A stretch of 50,274 nt of DNA from Actinomycetes bacterium. Lineage in GTDB: Bacteria; Actinomycetota; Thermoleophilia; BMS3ABIN01. How positions within the stretch are numbered: position 1 is the first letter of the stretch; each line of letters opens with the position of its first letter. The DNA is taken from contig JAJZQT010000002.1 in NCBI GenBank assembly GCA_021803005.1, positions 1-50,274 on the forward strand, read 5' to 3'. Made by a program: the position numbers and the translations under genes. Below the pieces are notes generated by a model. That model saw nothing but the letters and a program-made list of their open reading frames with translations, searched no databases and was not told where the DNA came from. This document shows, in pieces, positions 40,153 to 49,533 of this stretch.

Positions 40153-41586
40153 TCAAAGCCCCAGAGCCGAGAGCATGGTTTCCTTCATCACCGGACCGGC
40201 AATGCCGCCGCCCTCATCCGAGTCCTCGACCACGACCGCGATGGCGAACCGCGGGTTGCCGGCTGGCGCAAAACCGACAAACCAGGCGTTCGGGCCCTGA
40301 TTGGGCACTTCCGCAGTACCCGTTTTCGCCGCCATCTGCACCTGGCTGGACTTGGTCTTGCTGCCGGTTCCTTCATTAACCACCTTGACCATCATATCCT
40401 TCAGTTCGTTTGCGGTTTGCGGCTGGATCGGCGTCTTCCAGACATCCGGGCTGACCTCTTTGACGACGGTGCCGTGCTTGTCGACCACCGAGTCGACCAC
40501 GTAGGGCCGCATCATCTTGCCGCCGTTGGCGACCGACTGGGCGACCATGGCCATTTGCAGCGGTGTCACCTGAAGCTGTTCCTGACCGAACGCCATCGAA
40601 GCCACCTGGGCCCGGTCCATGGGCGCGCCAGGAGGAAGCAGCTCGCCGTTGCCGTAACGGCCGCTGGCCATGACCTCGCCGGAGGGCAGGTCGAAAGGCG
40701 GCTTTTCATAGAAACCGTATTTCTGCATGTATTCTATCAGCTTGTCTTGTCCCAGCTGGTCGCCGACCTGCGCGAAGGTAGTGTTGATCGACTGCGAGAA
40801 GGCCTCGGCGAGGGTATGTTGTCCGAACGGCTCGGTCCGGTAGTTGTGGATGGTGAAGCCGCCGATATCCACGGTTCCCTTTTCATCATTGAACATGCTG
40901 TTGGGCGTGAACTGGCCGCTTTCGAGCGCCGCCGACGCCGTGATGATCTTGAAAGAGGAGCCAGGCGTATAAAGTCCCTGCGTGGCGCGGTTGAACAGCG
41001 GCGAGCCGGGATCGCTGTTGAGCTGGCTCCAGTTGGCCGCCAGCTGGTTGGGGTCGTAAGACGGGTTGGAAGCCATGGCCACGACAGCGCCAGTCTTGGC
41101 GTCGAGCACCACGACGGCGCCCCTCTTGCCGATCTTCTGCAGCTGGTCGAGCGCCGTGCGCTGCACCCTGGGGTCGATGGTCAGCTCGATATCGGCGCCG
41201 CTCTTCTGTTTTCCCGAGAGCGTATCGAAGAGATTCACCAGCTCCACCTCATCGGCGGTGCCGGTGAGATAACTGTTCTGTGAATGCTCCAGGCCGACCT
41301 GGCCGTAAGTGGGGTCGCTGTAGCCCACCAGCTGCGGCGCCAGGTCCCCGGCGGGGTAGGTGCGGTAATAAAGGTCTCCCTCCTTGCGGTTCTGCGCCAG
41401 CACCGACTTGTCGCTGGCGAGCACCAGGCCACGGTCGATGCGCATCTGCGCGAAGACCTTGCGCGTGTTCTGAGGATTGTCCGCGAGATCCTGGGCCTGG
41501 ATCACCTGGCGGTAGGCCAGCATGGCAAACAGGCTCGCGAACAGGATCACGGCCACGAAGAAGAGTCTGCGGATAGAGCCGTTCAT
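40153..41586 (-). CDS. pbpA: class B penicillin-binding protein (transpeptidase)
   Basis: N-terminal TM. PGSSFK (S-x-x-K) and KTGTA motifs. ATGA overlap with the rodA stop. Confidence 0.9.
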   Translation of the reverse strand: MNGSIRRLFFVAVILFASLFAMLAYRQVIQAQDLADNPQNTRKVFAQMRIDRGLVLASDKSVLAQNRKEGDLYYRTYPAGDLAPQLVGYSDPTYGQVGLEHSQNSYLTGTADEVELVNLFDTLSGKQKSGADIELTIDPRVQRTALDQLQKIGKRGAVVVLDAKTGAVVAMASNPSYDPNQLAANWSQLNSDPGSPLFNRATQGLYTPGSSFKIITASAALESGQFTPNSMFNDEKGTVDIGGFTIHNYRTEPFGQHTLAEAFSQSINTTFAQVGDQLGQDKLIEYMQKYGFYEKPPFDLPSGEVMASGRYGNGELLPPGAPMDRAQVASMAFGQEQLQVTPLQMAMVAQSVANGGKMMRPYVVDSVVDKHGTVVKEVSPDVWKTPIQPQTANELKDMMVKVVNEGTGSKTKSSQVQMAAKTGTAEVPNQGPNAWFVGFAPAGNPRFAIAVVVEDSDEGGGIAGPVMKETMLSALGL

Positions 41587-42866
41587 GATTTCCTCGCCTT
41601 GTTGGTGCGGTTACTGATAAGCAGCAGCAGCGCCAGGGCGCCGAAATTGGCCACGATGGAGCTGCCGCCATAACTCACGAACGGCAGCGTGATACCGGTG
41701 AGCGGGATCAGCTTCATGACGCCGCCGATGATGACGAAAACCTGCAGGGCGAAGCCCGCCCCGATTCCCGCCGCCAGCAGCTTGGAGAAGCCGTCATCGG
41801 AGTCGACCGCGATCTTGAAGACGCGGTAACAGAAGATCAGGAAGAGCAGCAGCAGCGCCGTGGCGCCCGCCAGCCCCAGCTCCTCGGCGATGGCGGAAAA
41901 GATGAAATCGGTCTGCAGCGCCGGGATGATCGTGTCGCCGTTCTTGAAGAGCAGATAGCCCTTGCCCAGCCCGGTGCCGAACAGTCCCCCGTCACCGATG
42001 GCGAACAGCGACTGCACGATCTGGTAGCCGCGGTCGGCCGTGTCCGTCCAGGGATTTATCCAGATGTCAAAACGGTTGTGGACCGTGCCCTTGACGTAAT
42101 ACGCAAGCACGGCGCCACCGGTGAACAGCACACCACCGATCACCGGATAGGTCATGCGGCCCGTAGCCACGTAGGTCATAGCCAGAAAGATTCCAAAGAA
42201 AAGCAGAGACGTGCCCAGATCGTTCATCAGCAGGAGCAGGGCGAAGGACATTCCCCACATGGCGATCATCGGGCCCAGGTGCTTGAGCGCCGGCATGGGC
42301 ACGCCGAAAGCGTGCCACGTGGTCGTCGACAGCAGTTCTCTCTTGCTGTTGAGATAGCCGGCGAGAAAGATCGTGATCAGCACCTTCGATGCTTCACTGG
42401 GCTGGAACGACATGGGTCCGATCTTGAGCCACAGCCGGGCGCCGTTGATCTCCTGCCCGCCCACGATCGCTACGATCAGCAGCAGCACGCCCAGGATTCC
42501 GCAAAGGTAGATGTAATCATCCAGCTTCCGGTAATCGCGCAGGAAAATAATGGTCAGTATGAGCACTCCCAGGCCGGCCATGAGCCAGGTGGTCTGGGCC
42601 GCCGCCAGGCCGGGATCGATGCGGTAGATCATCATGATGCCGATGGCTGACATCAGCGCCGCCAGCGGCAGCAGGAAAGGATCGGAGTCCGGCGCCGCCA
42701 GCCGCAGGAACAGATGCACTATCAGGAACAGGCCCACGAAGAGCAGCCCGTAGCTTAAGGAGCTGGCGTCGATCTGCGACGAACGCGCCGCGTAGACGCT
42801 GGCAAAGCCGATCACCATCAGCACGACAACGGGTATGAAATTTATGAGTTCGCGGTTGCGCTGCAT
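41583..42866 (-). CDS. rodA: SEDS-family peptidoglycan glycosyltransferase FtsW/RodA
   Basis: 427 aa, ~10 TM segments. SEDS motifs (QPSE..K, GDGGLFGTGLG, TDFIFSAIAEELG, PLTGITLPFVSYGGSS). Confidence 0.9.
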   Translation of the reverse strand: MQRNRELINFIPVVVLMVIGFASVYAARSSQIDASSLSYGLLFVGLFLIVHLFLRLAAPDSDPFLLPLAALMSAIGIMMIYRIDPGLAAAQTTWLMAGLGVLILTIIFLRDYRKLDDYIYLCGILGVLLLIVAIVGGQEINGARLWLKIGPMSFQPSEASKVLITIFLAGYLNSKRELLSTTTWHAFGVPMPALKHLGPMIAMWGMSFALLLLMNDLGTSLLFFGIFLAMTYVATGRMTYPVIGGVLFTGGAVLAYYVKGTVHNRFDIWINPWTDTADRGYQIVQSLFAIGDGGLFGTGLGKGYLLFKNGDTIIPALQTDFIFSAIAEELGLAGATALLLLFLIFCYRVFKIAVDSDDGFSKLLAAGIGAGFALQVFVIIGGVMKLIPLTGITLPFVSYGGSSIVANFGALALLLLISNRTNKARKS

Positions 42867-44101
42867 TAGGGCAGCCCCCCTGCCGGGAAAGTGGGCGTCT
42901 GCGGCGTGGTCGGGGTCTGGGCGGCTTCGGCGGCCTTGCGGTCGGCGTCCTGCTTCCTCTGCCTGGCCTCGGCGCTGTAATTATCAAGCATTGTTTCCGC
43001 TCCGCCCTTGGTCTGGATCTCCGCCTGGTCGACCCGGTCCTGCTCGAAAGGCTGGAGCTCGCTGTACTTCACGGGGCTGTTGCGGTAAATGCCCGAAAGC
43101 GACCAGGGGCCCAGATTGTAGGGCACGCCGCGGTAGATGACGACATTGTCTCCCTCGACGCCAACGTAATAAAGCTGCCGGCTGACGAGCCAGCCGCCGG
43201 CCAGGAGTATTGCCGCCAGGACAAGGCCGGTGGCGATCCGGCCGGCAATCGTCGTGAGCCAGGCGCGTATCCTGCCCATGGCAGTTTTCGGGGGCGCCGG
43301 ATCTTCTCCGGCTTCAGCGAACCTGGCGCCGGCCCCGCCCAGCCTTATTTTTTCAGTCTGCGATTCGGGCTCGGAGCCGGTGTCGCCGGCCACGGAGCCG
43401 TCGGGCGCGAACAGTACCAGGGAAATGTTATCACGTCCACCGGCGGCGATAGCGGCCTTGATCAGCTCGCGGGCTTCGGCCCGCAGGTCTTCACCCCGCG
43501 CCAGCACCGCCGCGATGACCGTGTCCGGTATCATCGAGGACAGGCCGTCGGAGCAGAGCAGGAAGACGTCACCGGGGCTCCACGGCATGGTCATGGTGTC
43601 GACCACGATCTCCGGATCTACTCCCAGCGCCCGTGTGATGATGCTGCGCTGCGGATGCTCATCGGCTTCCGCCGAGGTCAGCTGGCCGGAGCGCACCATC
43701 TCGCCGACGAGCGAATGGTCCTCGGTAACCTGCGTGAGCGCGCCCTGGCGCCAGAGATAGGCCCGGCTGTCACCCACGTGGGCGAATGTGACCTCTCCGC
43801 CACGGATGACCGCGGCGGTAAGGGTTGTGCCCATGCCGGCCATTGATGGGTCGGAAACCGCAAGCTCATGTATGCCGGAGTTGACTTTGGCGATCAGCCG
43901 CGTCAGCTCCTGCTCGGGAGACTTGCCCTGTGGGGCAAACCATTCGAAGGCCTGGGCCGCCATGCCCGAGGCGACCTCGCCGGCCTGAGCGCCTCCCATG
44001 CCGTCGGCTACGGCAAAGACGGGCGTACGTGCGAACAGCGAGTCCTCGTTGGACCTGCGCACCAGCCCGGTATGGGTAGCTGTGGCGAATGTGGGCGGCA
44101 T
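42866..44101 (-). CDS. pstP: PP2C-family Ser/Thr phosphatase with TM segment and extracellular tail
   Basis: RRSNEDS, ADGMGG, VGDSRAY, LLCSDGL and GG.DNIS motifs, followed by a TM segment. TAATG overlap with the rodA start. Confidence 0.9.
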   Translation of the reverse strand: MPPTFATATHTGLVRRSNEDSLFARTPVFAVADGMGGAQAGEVASGMAAQAFEWFAPQGKSPEQELTRLIAKVNSGIHELAVSDPSMAGMGTTLTAAVIRGGEVTFAHVGDSRAYLWRQGALTQVTEDHSLVGEMVRSGQLTSAEADEHPQRSIITRALGVDPEIVVDTMTMPWSPGDVFLLCSDGLSSMIPDTVIAAVLARGEDLRAEARELIKAAIAAGGRDNISLVLFAPDGSVAGDTGSEPESQTEKIRLGGAGARFAEAGEDPAPPKTAMGRIRAWLTTIAGRIATGLVLAAILLAGGWLVSRQLYYVGVEGDNVVIYRGVPYNLGPWSLSGIYRNSPVKYSELQPFEQDRVDQAEIQTKGGAETMLDNYSAEARQRKQDADRKAAEAAQTPTTPQTPTFPAGGLP

Positions 44102-44147
44102 TAAAGGTATTTGTGATTCACGGGATTGCTCGGCGGCGCCAGCGGTC

Positions 44148-44798
44148 TTATTCCTCGAAGCGGAAGATCGTGTCGCCGATGACTATTTCCTGCCCCGGCT
44201 TGATCTGCAGCTCGCCCTCGATCCGGCGGCCGTCGATAAAGGTGCCGTTGGTGCTGCCCAGGTCCTCGAGAAACAGGAACTGCTTGCGGGCAAAGATGCG
44301 GGCGTGGGTAGACGAGACAAAGTCGTCCGCCAGGACGATCTGGCTGCGGGGCGAGCGGCCGATGGTCGCGCCCCCCTTGACCTCGAAAACGCTGCCGTCT
44401 TCGATGATCTTGCTGTGCTGGACGACCAGCCTCGGATTGAGTTTTGTGACCAGGTAATCGAATTCGCGTGTCGAGGTGTCCGGCTCCTTCGGAGCTGCTT
44501 CCGGGGCGCGCTCGCGGCTGCGGCGCGGCTGCTTGGCCATGGGTACTACCGCGGGGCCTGCTGCTGACGCCGGCGCTACTCCAGGCGACGCTGCCGCCGG
44601 GGCCGGCATCGCCAGGGCCGACGGCGTGGGCGCAGGCGCGGATACGGGCGATGCAGCCTGGGCGGACCGGGCGGGCATGCCGATGGGTTCTTCCCCCCGC
44701 CTGAGGTCGCGCGACAGCCGCCGCACGATCATGAAGATAAACAGATAAAGCAAAACCAGAAAAAGAATTTTTGAGCCGAACAGGACCGGTTCTAACAT
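44148..44798 (-). CDS. fhaB: FHA-domain membrane protein (FhaB/FipA-like)
   Basis: N-terminal TM segment, Ala/Pro-rich linker, C-terminal FHA domain (IGRS....IVL.D..VS..HA.I......F.EDLGSTNGTF..G). Confidence 0.8.
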   Translation of the reverse strand: MLEPVLFGSKILFLVLLYLFIFMIVRRLSRDLRRGEEPIGMPARSAQAASPVSAPAPTPSALAMPAPAAASPGVAPASAAGPAVVPMAKQPRRSRERAPEAAPKEPDTSTREFDYLVTKLNPRLVVQHSKIIEDGSVFEVKGGATIGRSPRSQIVLADDFVSSTHARIFARKQFLFLEDLGSTNGTFIDGRRIEGELQIKPGQEIVIGDTIFRFEE

Positions 44799-45589
44799 AG
44801 TTGCCGCTCGAACCTCACTCTCGTTGTTCCCATTATCATTTCATCACCATTCTCAAGCGCCCTGCTTTTTACCTTCCGGCCGTTGATCTCCACGCCGTTG
44901 GTGCTGTCGAGATCGACGATCAGATAATCGTTGCCGCGCTGCCGCAGCTCGGCGTGGCGCCGTGACACGTTTGGGTCCGCGAGCACCAGGTCGCAGTGGC
45001 GGCTGCGGCCGATGAGCACGGCCCTCTTGGTGACCTCGAAAGCCTGGTCACCGACCGTCAGTGTTATGCACTCTCGCGACAGGCCCATCTCGCGGGCGTC
45101 GCTGGCGCTGACAGCCATGGTGCCGTCGGGCTGCTGTGTGGGCCGGTATACGACCGTCTGGCCGACGTCGGGGCCAGGATCGGCGGGCGCCGGCGGCGCT
45201 TCCGGCCGGGCCGGAACCGGCGCCGAGACCATGCGCGTGGCGATGCCGAACTCGCCGACCACGAGATCCTCGTCGGTCTTGATGAGGACGATCGGACGGC
45301 TCAGCAGCTCGTACTTTTCCTTGCGGGCGTGCTCGAGCAGATAGTCCGCCAGGTCCGCCTTGAGTTGCTCCTCGTAGGCTTCGAACTGCTGGTAATCATC
45401 CGGCGCCAGAAAAAGCGTGTATTCATTGGGCACGTAGATCCGCGAAACGCTGATGACCTTGTTGTCCACCATCTCCTTGACCAGTTTGCGCGCCAGCTCC
45501 ACGGGCTGAACCGGGGACTTGAAGGCACGGCCGAAACCGCCCTCGAAAAGGCCCTGTATCTTTTCCTCGAGTTTCTTTAATACGCTCAC
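44792..45589 (-). CDS. fhaA: FhaA-like protein (DUF3662 N-terminal domain + C-terminal FHA)
   Basis: ORF 44792..45661. The probable start is the GTG at 45589, in a GTGA overlap with the upstream kinase stop (VSVLKKLEEKIQGLFEGGFGRAF...). C-terminal FHA motif (IGRS..CD.VL.D..VSRRHAEL......Y.I.DL.STNG). Confidence 0.8.
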   Translation of the reverse strand: MSVLKKLEEKIQGLFEGGFGRAFKSPVQPVELARKLVKEMVDNKVISVSRIYVPNEYTLFLAPDDYQQFEAYEEQLKADLADYLLEHARKEKYELLSRPIVLIKTDEDLVVGEFGIATRMVSAPVPARPEAPPAPADPGPDVGQTVVYRPTQQPDGTMAVSASDAREMGLSRECITLTVGDQAFEVTKRAVLIGRSRHCDLVLADPNVSRRHAELRQRGNDYLIVDLDSTNGVEINGRKVKSRALENGDEMIMGTTRVRFERQLC

Positions 45590-47319
45590 GGGGGGGAGAG
45601 AGGTTTTTGCAATTTGCTTCTGGGAGATATCAGGAGAAGCCCGGTCTGAATTATAGCGCAAAGCACGAAGGTTTTCAGAAATGACGCCGCCGGCAGCCGA
45701 TAACCGGTGACGATTACCGGCATGAGGAAATAGCCGCCGGCGAGGAGCGAGTTCGCGAGCACGAGCCCGGTCAGGTCCAGGAAGAGATTGCGGCGCCTGA
45801 TCAGCAGCGCCGCCGGCAGCGCCGCCGCCAGCCAGATCGCCGGCTGCAGAAGCAGCACCGGCTGGGAGCGGAAGGGCCCGGCGAGAGCCTGCAGCGCCAC
45901 CCAGGGGTTGTATTCCCCCGCAAGCTTTTCCGCCAGGCCGAAGGTGTCGGGCACGCCCAGATAATCCAGCGGCGCGGCTCCCGCCAGCAACTGGAAGACG
46001 CCGAAGGACGCGGCGCCGACCGCGGCCAGCAGCGGGCCGCTGCGCAGGCGTCCGATCGATCCTGCGATCGCGGGATAGGCAAGGCCCAGCCCCACCGATC
46101 CCAAGACCGTTGCCAGCACCGGCAGCAGCGCCGATCGCGGCCAGACCAAGCCGACGGAAATGAAATAAACGGCGGCAAAAACGGCCACGAGAGTTCCGAG
46201 CGCCACCGAAAAAGTGAATATGGGAACGACGGTCACGACGCCCAGCGCCGCCAGTCCGATGCGCGGCAGGAGGCCCACCAGCGCAGCCGCGGCAACAATC
46301 AGCGGCAGGCGCCAGGGAGCGGGATACAGATCGAAGCGGTAGGCAGCAGCGCCGGCCAGCAGCGCCGCCATGGCGGCATTGGCAGCCCGCGCGGCGATGA
46401 AGCCGTATCGGCCGGAAAGGTCTTCGTAGATCGAGGGCCGGTGCTGATCGACGCGGCGCAGGACGGTAGTCGCCCGGTCGTCATCTGCCATTTCCGGAAG
46501 CAGCTGCCCGAGCCCGACGGCGAAACTCTTGAGGCCGATCCGCAGCTGTGGATCCGGTTCCATGGCTTCCTCGATGAGGTCGGAGAGCTCGGCCGGCAGG
46601 TCGGGACGGACCCGGGAGAGCGGTGGGGCCCCCGCCTGGATGCGGCCGACGATCTCCGCTGCGGTGCCGCTGCCGAAAGGGTTGGCGCCGGTCAGGCATT
46701 CGTAGAGGGTAAGCGCCGCGGAGTAGACGTCGGTGGCGCCGTCGACGGTGCGCCCGTCGGCCTGCTCGGGTGACATATAGGCGATGGTGCCGAGCACGTC
46801 TCCCTGGCGCGTGAGCCGCTGGGTGTTTTCCAGCTGGGCGATGCCGAAGTCCATGACCTTGACCCGGGGTGGACGGTCCCCCGTCAGCATGATGTTGTCG
46901 GGCTTGATGTCACGATGGATGACGCCGCGGTCGTGGGCATGCTCCAGGGCTTCCAGGGTCTGTGTCGCGATCTCAAGGCCGTCGCGGTCGGAGAGGCTGC
47001 CCGAGGCGATGCGGGCGCCCAGAGTTTCTCCGCGGACAAGCTCCGAGACCAGGTAGACCTCGTCCTCATCCTCCGCCAGCTCGAAGACAGTGACGATGTG
47101 GGCGTGGCCGAGCTTGGCGGCCGCCCTGGCCTCGAGGGCGGCGCGGTCGGAGAACTCGTCGGTCCGGCGCACGGCCTTGATCGCCACCTCGCGGCCCATC
47201 TTGTGGTCGCGGGCGCGGTAAACCGTCGAGAAGCCGCCGCTGCCGATACGCTCGAGAAGTTCGTAGCGGTTCAGCACCAGAGGCCCCGGCTGGTTTTCAT
47301 AGGTCATGGTCGAAGACAT
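45586..47319 (-). CDS. Ser/Thr protein kinase with ~280-aa polytopic C-terminal membrane domain
   Basis: Kinase motifs GSGGFSTVY, VAIK, HRDIKPDN, DFGIA, SPEQ in residues ~15-285. Residues ~300-577 contain about 8 hydrophobic helices. Confidence 0.85.
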   Translation of the reverse strand: MSSTMTYENQPGPLVLNRYELLERIGSGGFSTVYRARDHKMGREVAIKAVRRTDEFSDRAALEARAAAKLGHAHIVTVFELAEDEDEVYLVSELVRGETLGARIASGSLSDRDGLEIATQTLEALEHAHDRGVIHRDIKPDNIMLTGDRPPRVKVMDFGIAQLENTQRLTRQGDVLGTIAYMSPEQADGRTVDGATDVYSAALTLYECLTGANPFGSGTAAEIVGRIQAGAPPLSRVRPDLPAELSDLIEEAMEPDPQLRIGLKSFAVGLGQLLPEMADDDRATTVLRRVDQHRPSIYEDLSGRYGFIAARAANAAMAALLAGAAAYRFDLYPAPWRLPLIVAAAALVGLLPRIGLAALGVVTVVPIFTFSVALGTLVAVFAAVYFISVGLVWPRSALLPVLATVLGSVGLGLAYPAIAGSIGRLRSGPLLAAVGAASFGVFQLLAGAAPLDYLGVPDTFGLAEKLAGEYNPWVALQALAGPFRSQPVLLLQPAIWLAAALPAALLIRRRNLFLDLTGLVLANSLLAGGYFLMPVIVTGYRLPAASFLKTFVLCAIIQTGLLLISPRSKLQKPLSPP

Positions 47320-47382
47320 TCCGTGGCGTCCGGGGTTATGAAGTTGGATAAGACCCAGTTCTGTACTAGGATAACGATTCCT

Positions 47383-47412
47383 TTACTTAATGCCTGCCGG
47401 ATACATTAGAAT
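47383..47412 (+). promoter_or_regulatory. putative sigma70-type promoter for the lipoprotein gene
   Basis: TTACTT (47383..47388), 18 nt, TAGAAT (47407..47412) in an AT-richer divergent intergenic region. GGGAGG lies just before the ATG at 47447. Confidence 0.3.
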
Positions 47413-47446
47413 ATAAACGTTTAGAGGCGAAAGCTATGGGAGGAAA

Positions 47447-48001
47447 ATGAAACGCGCAACCCTTATCCTGATCTCATTGATGATATTTGTTCCAGTAATG
47501 GCTGGAGCCGCCGGCTGCGGCCAGCAGACCGCGGAAGCCAACCAGCTGGTCGATGAGGTCAATCAGATCGCAAACGACGTGGCGCCCAAGCTCGATCAGG
47601 CCGACAAGCTGCTGACGCAGGCCACCGACCAGCTGTCCCAGGGAAAGACCGACGAGGAAAAAGCCAGCCTGATCCAGGCGCAGACCCTCATCGATGAGAT
47701 CATGGGAGACATCTCCACCGCCAAGTCGAAGACGGACCAGGCGGCGGCCCTTGATATCAGCGACACCTACCGGCAATACCTGCAGGCCAAGGGACGCGCC
47801 CTTGACGAGGCGCTGGGACTGAATCAGACCAGCAAGGACATCACGGTTCTGCTTCTGGCAGATCCGGCCATGCAGCAGCCGGACACCCTGACCAAGCTGA
47901 ACAATCTCAAGACCAACGGCGAGGCGCAGGCCCAGCGGCTGAAGGATGCCGAGGACGAAGCCAACGGCATCGCCTCCACGCACGCGGACGAGATCAAATA
48001 A
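47447..48001 (+). CDS. hypothetical helical lipoprotein
   Basis: Signal peptide with lipobox MAGAAGC. The remainder is Gln/Asp/Ala/Lys-rich and predicted helical. No family recognised. Confidence 0.6.
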   Translation: MKRATLILISLMIFVPVMAGAAGCGQQTAEANQLVDEVNQIANDVAPKLDQADKLLTQATDQLSQGKTDEEKASLIQAQTLIDEIMGDISTAKSKTDQAAALDISDTYRQYLQAKGRALDEALGLNQTSKDITVLLLADPAMQQPDTLTKLNNLKTNGEAQAQRLKDAEDEANGIASTHADEIK

Positions 48002-48081
48002 AGGCTTCGAAGCCAGTCAGGCATCCGCGCTTTGGCAGCCCGATAGCATCCGCGGCCATGGCGCCGACGCGCTTGTGGCTG

Positions 48082-48090
48082 TGTTATAAT
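48082..48090 (+). promoter_or_regulatory. possible extended -10 element (TGTTATAAT) upstream of tRNA-Leu
   Basis: A perfect TATAAT (48085..48090) preceded by TGn, ~100 nt upstream of the tRNA. No convincing -35. Confidence 0.3.
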
Positions 48091-48191
48091 ACAGTCGCTT
48101 TTGGCGAGGACGCTGGAGTGCTCACATTAAACGCTTGATTGCAGGGTTTTTTGTTCCAGAAATCACTCGAGTTTGTCAGCTCCGGCTTCAC

Positions 48192-48278
48192 GGGCGAGTG
48201 GTGGAACTGGTAGACACGCTAGGTTCAGGGTCTAGTGCTCTTACGAGCATGGGGGTTCAAATCCCCCCTCGCCCACCA
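48192..48278 (+). tRNA. tRNA-Leu (anticodon CAG), long variable arm, CCA encoded
   Basis: Acceptor GGGCGAG/CTCGCCC, anticodon arm CTAGG-TTCAGGG-TCTAG, variable arm TGCTCTTACGAGCAT, T arm GGGGG-TTCAAAT-CCCCC, discriminator A, CCA. Confidence 0.9.
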
Positions 48279-48315
48279 ATTTCAGGCCCTCACGAGCTTC
48301 GCCAGACGAAAGGAC

Positions 48316-49506
48316 ATGCCAGTGTCTTTCTTCGAGGATGATGAAGATCGGACCGAGGAAGAAGAACGGGTAACCGAAACGCGCCGGCGGTCCCGGCGGC
48401 GCCAGCCCCGGGAACGCCAGCCCCGGGAACGCAAGCCCAAAGAGAAGAAGACCCGGGAACGCAAACCGCGCGAGCGCAAACCGCGCGGCGGCGGGCCGAC
48501 CATGGGCCAGTCTCCCCTTGTCCGGGTGCTCATAATCCTGGCGGCGGTCGTAATCCTCATCCTGCTGGTCAGCCTGGGGGTCAAGGGCTGCCTCAACAGC
48601 AAGAAGGTCGGGGAGTATAAGGACTATTTCAATTCCATCGACGGCATCATCAAGGATTCCGACGACATCGGCAACCAGCTCTCGGACATGTTCATGAAGC
48701 CCGACGAGTCGGTGCGCCAGTCTCTCGAAGGCAAGATGAGCGACTTCCTGGCGGCACAGGACCAGATCCTGGAAAGAGCCAAGGCCGTTGAGGCTCCCGA
48801 CCAGTTCAAGAAAGTCAACGAATGGTTCGTGGCCAGCATGCAGGTGCGCGACCGCGGGCTCAGGGGGTTGCAGCCGGCGATGCTAAATGCGCTGGAGGCG
48901 CGTGATAACCAGGCCGGGGCCGCTCAGGTTTCCCAGGAGATGCTGATCTTGCTGACCAGCGATGTCGCCTACGACGAGTTCTTTTACCAGCCTGCCCAGC
49001 AGGTTCTCAAGGACGAGGACATAACGGAAATCAAAGTGCCGCAGGCCAAGTTCCTCAAGGACCCGGCCCTTGCCAGCCAGCAGACGGCAGTCAGCGTTCT
49101 CGACAAGCTCAAGGGCGGAACGGCGCAAGTCACGGGGCTGCATGGCGTAGCCCTGGTCGGCGTCAAAGTCCAGCCCAGCGGCATGGCCATGGCCACGGAC
49201 AGCGACAACAATCTCAAGGCCTCGGATTCGCTTACCTTTCAGGTCGAGATCGAGAATCAGGGCGAGGCCACCGAGAACGACGTGCCCGTCTCCCTGACGC
49301 TGACCGCTCCGGGGCGTCCCACGCCGCAAAAGGTGGATGGCACCATTCCCACGATCGCCCCCAACGAGCGCAAAACCATCGAGTTGACCGGGCTGGCTGC
49401 CGACGCCGGCACGCAGCCGGCGCTGCTTCAGGCACATGTCGGCCCGGTGCCCGGCGAGGCCAATTTGGATAACAACGGCGGGGAATACAAAATAGTTTTC
49501 AGTTAG
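48316..49506 (+). CDS. membrane protein with poly-basic repeat N-terminus and CARDB-like C-terminal domain
   Basis: ORF 48235..49506 overlaps tRNA-Leu, so the start is taken at the ATG at 48316. Acidic then RQPRE/RKPRE basic repeats, one TM segment (VRVLIILAAVVILILLVSLGV), and a C-terminal region (FQVEIENQGEATENDVPVSLTL...LDNNGGEYKIVF) resembling CARDB. Confidence 0.62.
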   Translation: MPVSFFEDDEDRTEEEERVTETRRRSRRRQPRERQPRERKPKEKKTRERKPRERKPRGGGPTMGQSPLVRVLIILAAVVILILLVSLGVKGCLNSKKVGEYKDYFNSIDGIIKDSDDIGNQLSDMFMKPDESVRQSLEGKMSDFLAAQDQILERAKAVEAPDQFKKVNEWFVASMQVRDRGLRGLQPAMLNALEARDNQAGAAQVSQEMLILLTSDVAYDEFFYQPAQQVLKDEDITEIKVPQAKFLKDPALASQQTAVSVLDKLKGGTAQVTGLHGVALVGVKVQPSGMAMATDSDNNLKASDSLTFQVEIENQGEATENDVPVSLTLTAPGRPTPQKVDGTIPTIAPNERKTIELTGLAADAGTQPALLQAHVGPVPGEANLDNNGGEYKIVFS

Positions 49507-49533
49507 GGACCGCTCTCTGACCGCGGCCCGATA

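Noticed and set aside
48235-48315. N-terminal extension of ORF 48235..49506
   Set aside because: It overlaps tRNA-Leu (48192..48278). The ATG at 48316 lies just downstream of the tRNA and begins the plausible protein.
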